Shown: piece after piece, positions 55,816-56,557 of the stretch
Layout: every line of letters begins with the position of its first letter
How positions within the stretch are numbered: position 1 is the stretch's first letter
Source of the DNA: a virus
Lineage: Duplodnaviria; Caudoviricetes
Direction: 5' to 3' (one strand)
Virus record (IMG/VR): IMGVR_UViG_3300034109_000654
Span: 1-56,557 of that record
DNA length: 56,557 nt
Position numbers and translations under genes: made by a program
The notes under the pieces: model-generated
The model's database searches: none
The model's input: only the letters and a program-made list of their open reading frames with translations
Told to the model about the DNA's origin: nothing

Positions 55816-56557
55816 GTGGCGAAGCGGGGACCTAAAGTCGGCGAGATCGTTCTCGGCGTAGGCATCTACGACCAGGACATCGCCAAGAATCTGACCAAGG
55901 ACATCCTCGACGAGATCTACCCTGCGCTCGAGGGCTGGCACGACCGTCTGGATCAGATCAACAAAGACATCACCAAGATCAAGAAGGAGTCCTACGGCCA
56001 GCGCCGGCGGAAATCCGGTCTGGACCGCGACGACTTCGACACCACCGATGCGCTGCAACGGCAGCTCAGGAAGAAGGAAGCCGGGCTCACGGCCCAGATC
56101 GCCAGGGTCAACCGCCTGCAACGGGCGTTCCTGGCGCAGAAGGAGCTGGCCGACAAGGAGGAGCGCCGCACCGGATGGGTCGGTAAGGCGCAGCAGAACT
56201 CGCTGGACAACGCCCGAGAGAACTACGCGGCGGCCAAGGCGAACTTCAGGGTGTTCAACGAGGAGCTCGCCGAGCTACGGGAAAAGATCAACGAGCGACA
56301 ACGCGAGGACGAGGACCGCTACTCCGCAGCCATTCAGGAGGTATGGAAGCAGCGCATCAAGGCGCTGGAGGATCTGCGGGACAGAGAACGCCAGATCAAA
56401 GACGAGATGATCGTCGATGCCGAGAAGCGCAGCGAGGAGGCCATCGCCATCGGCACCCGCGAGTACAAGGCGCGGGAGGACTTCTACACCAAGCTGGAAC
56501 GGCTGGAACGTAAGCGGGAGCGGGAACGCAAGGCACGCGAGAGGCAGCGCAAGAAGG
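55816..56557 (+). CDS. Tape measure protein, 3'-truncated by window
   Basis: GTG start (VAKRGPKVGEIVLGV...), coiled-coil composition, frame appears open to the window end; absent from the ORF track because it has no stop. Confidence 0.75.
   Translation, partial: MAKRGPKVGEIVLGVGIYDQDIAKNLTKDILDEIYPALEGWHDRLDQINKDITKIKKESYGQRRRKSGLDRDDFDTTDALQRQLRKKEAGLTAQIARVNRLQRAFLAQKELADKEERRTGWVGKAQQNSLDNARENYAAAKANFRVFNEELAELREKINERQREDEDRYSAAIQEVWKQRIKALEDLRDRERQIKDEMIVDAEKRSEEAIAIGTREYKAREDFYTKLERLERKRERERKARERQRKK

Overview
This window is most of a high-GC tailed actinobacteriophage genome, most likely a mycobacteriophage, with gene order resembling cluster B. Both ends fall inside tail genes, consistent with a slice of a circularly permuted genome. 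From left to right it holds: the end of a tail protein; a lysis cassette (C39+M23 lysin, holin-like gene); a leftward replication block (PD-(D/E)XK exonuclease, SF2 helicase, primase-polymerase/AAA helicase, NUMOD4-HNH, Pol A); about 13 kb of small leftward early genes with repeated promoter/leader motifs and highly structured spacers; the small terminase; an accessory block; the large terminase, RusA, portal and capsid maturation protease; an orphan tyrosine recombinase with a tRNA 3'-half; and the major capsid, major tail, head-tail genes, tail chaperone and the start of the tape measure. The best candidate for an undescribed system is 32.4-36.0 kb, between the terminase subunits: ParB-N protein + double-ParB/amino-methyltransferase fusion + atypical HAD phosphatase + CmoA-like (carboxy-SAM synthase-like) enzyme. 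The ParB and CmoA-like genes carry the same promoter signature as the packaging genes. I infer a packaging-linked DNA carboxymethylation (N6-A or N4-C) pathway. All assignments come from by-eye motif recognition; no database searches, alignments or folding programs were run.
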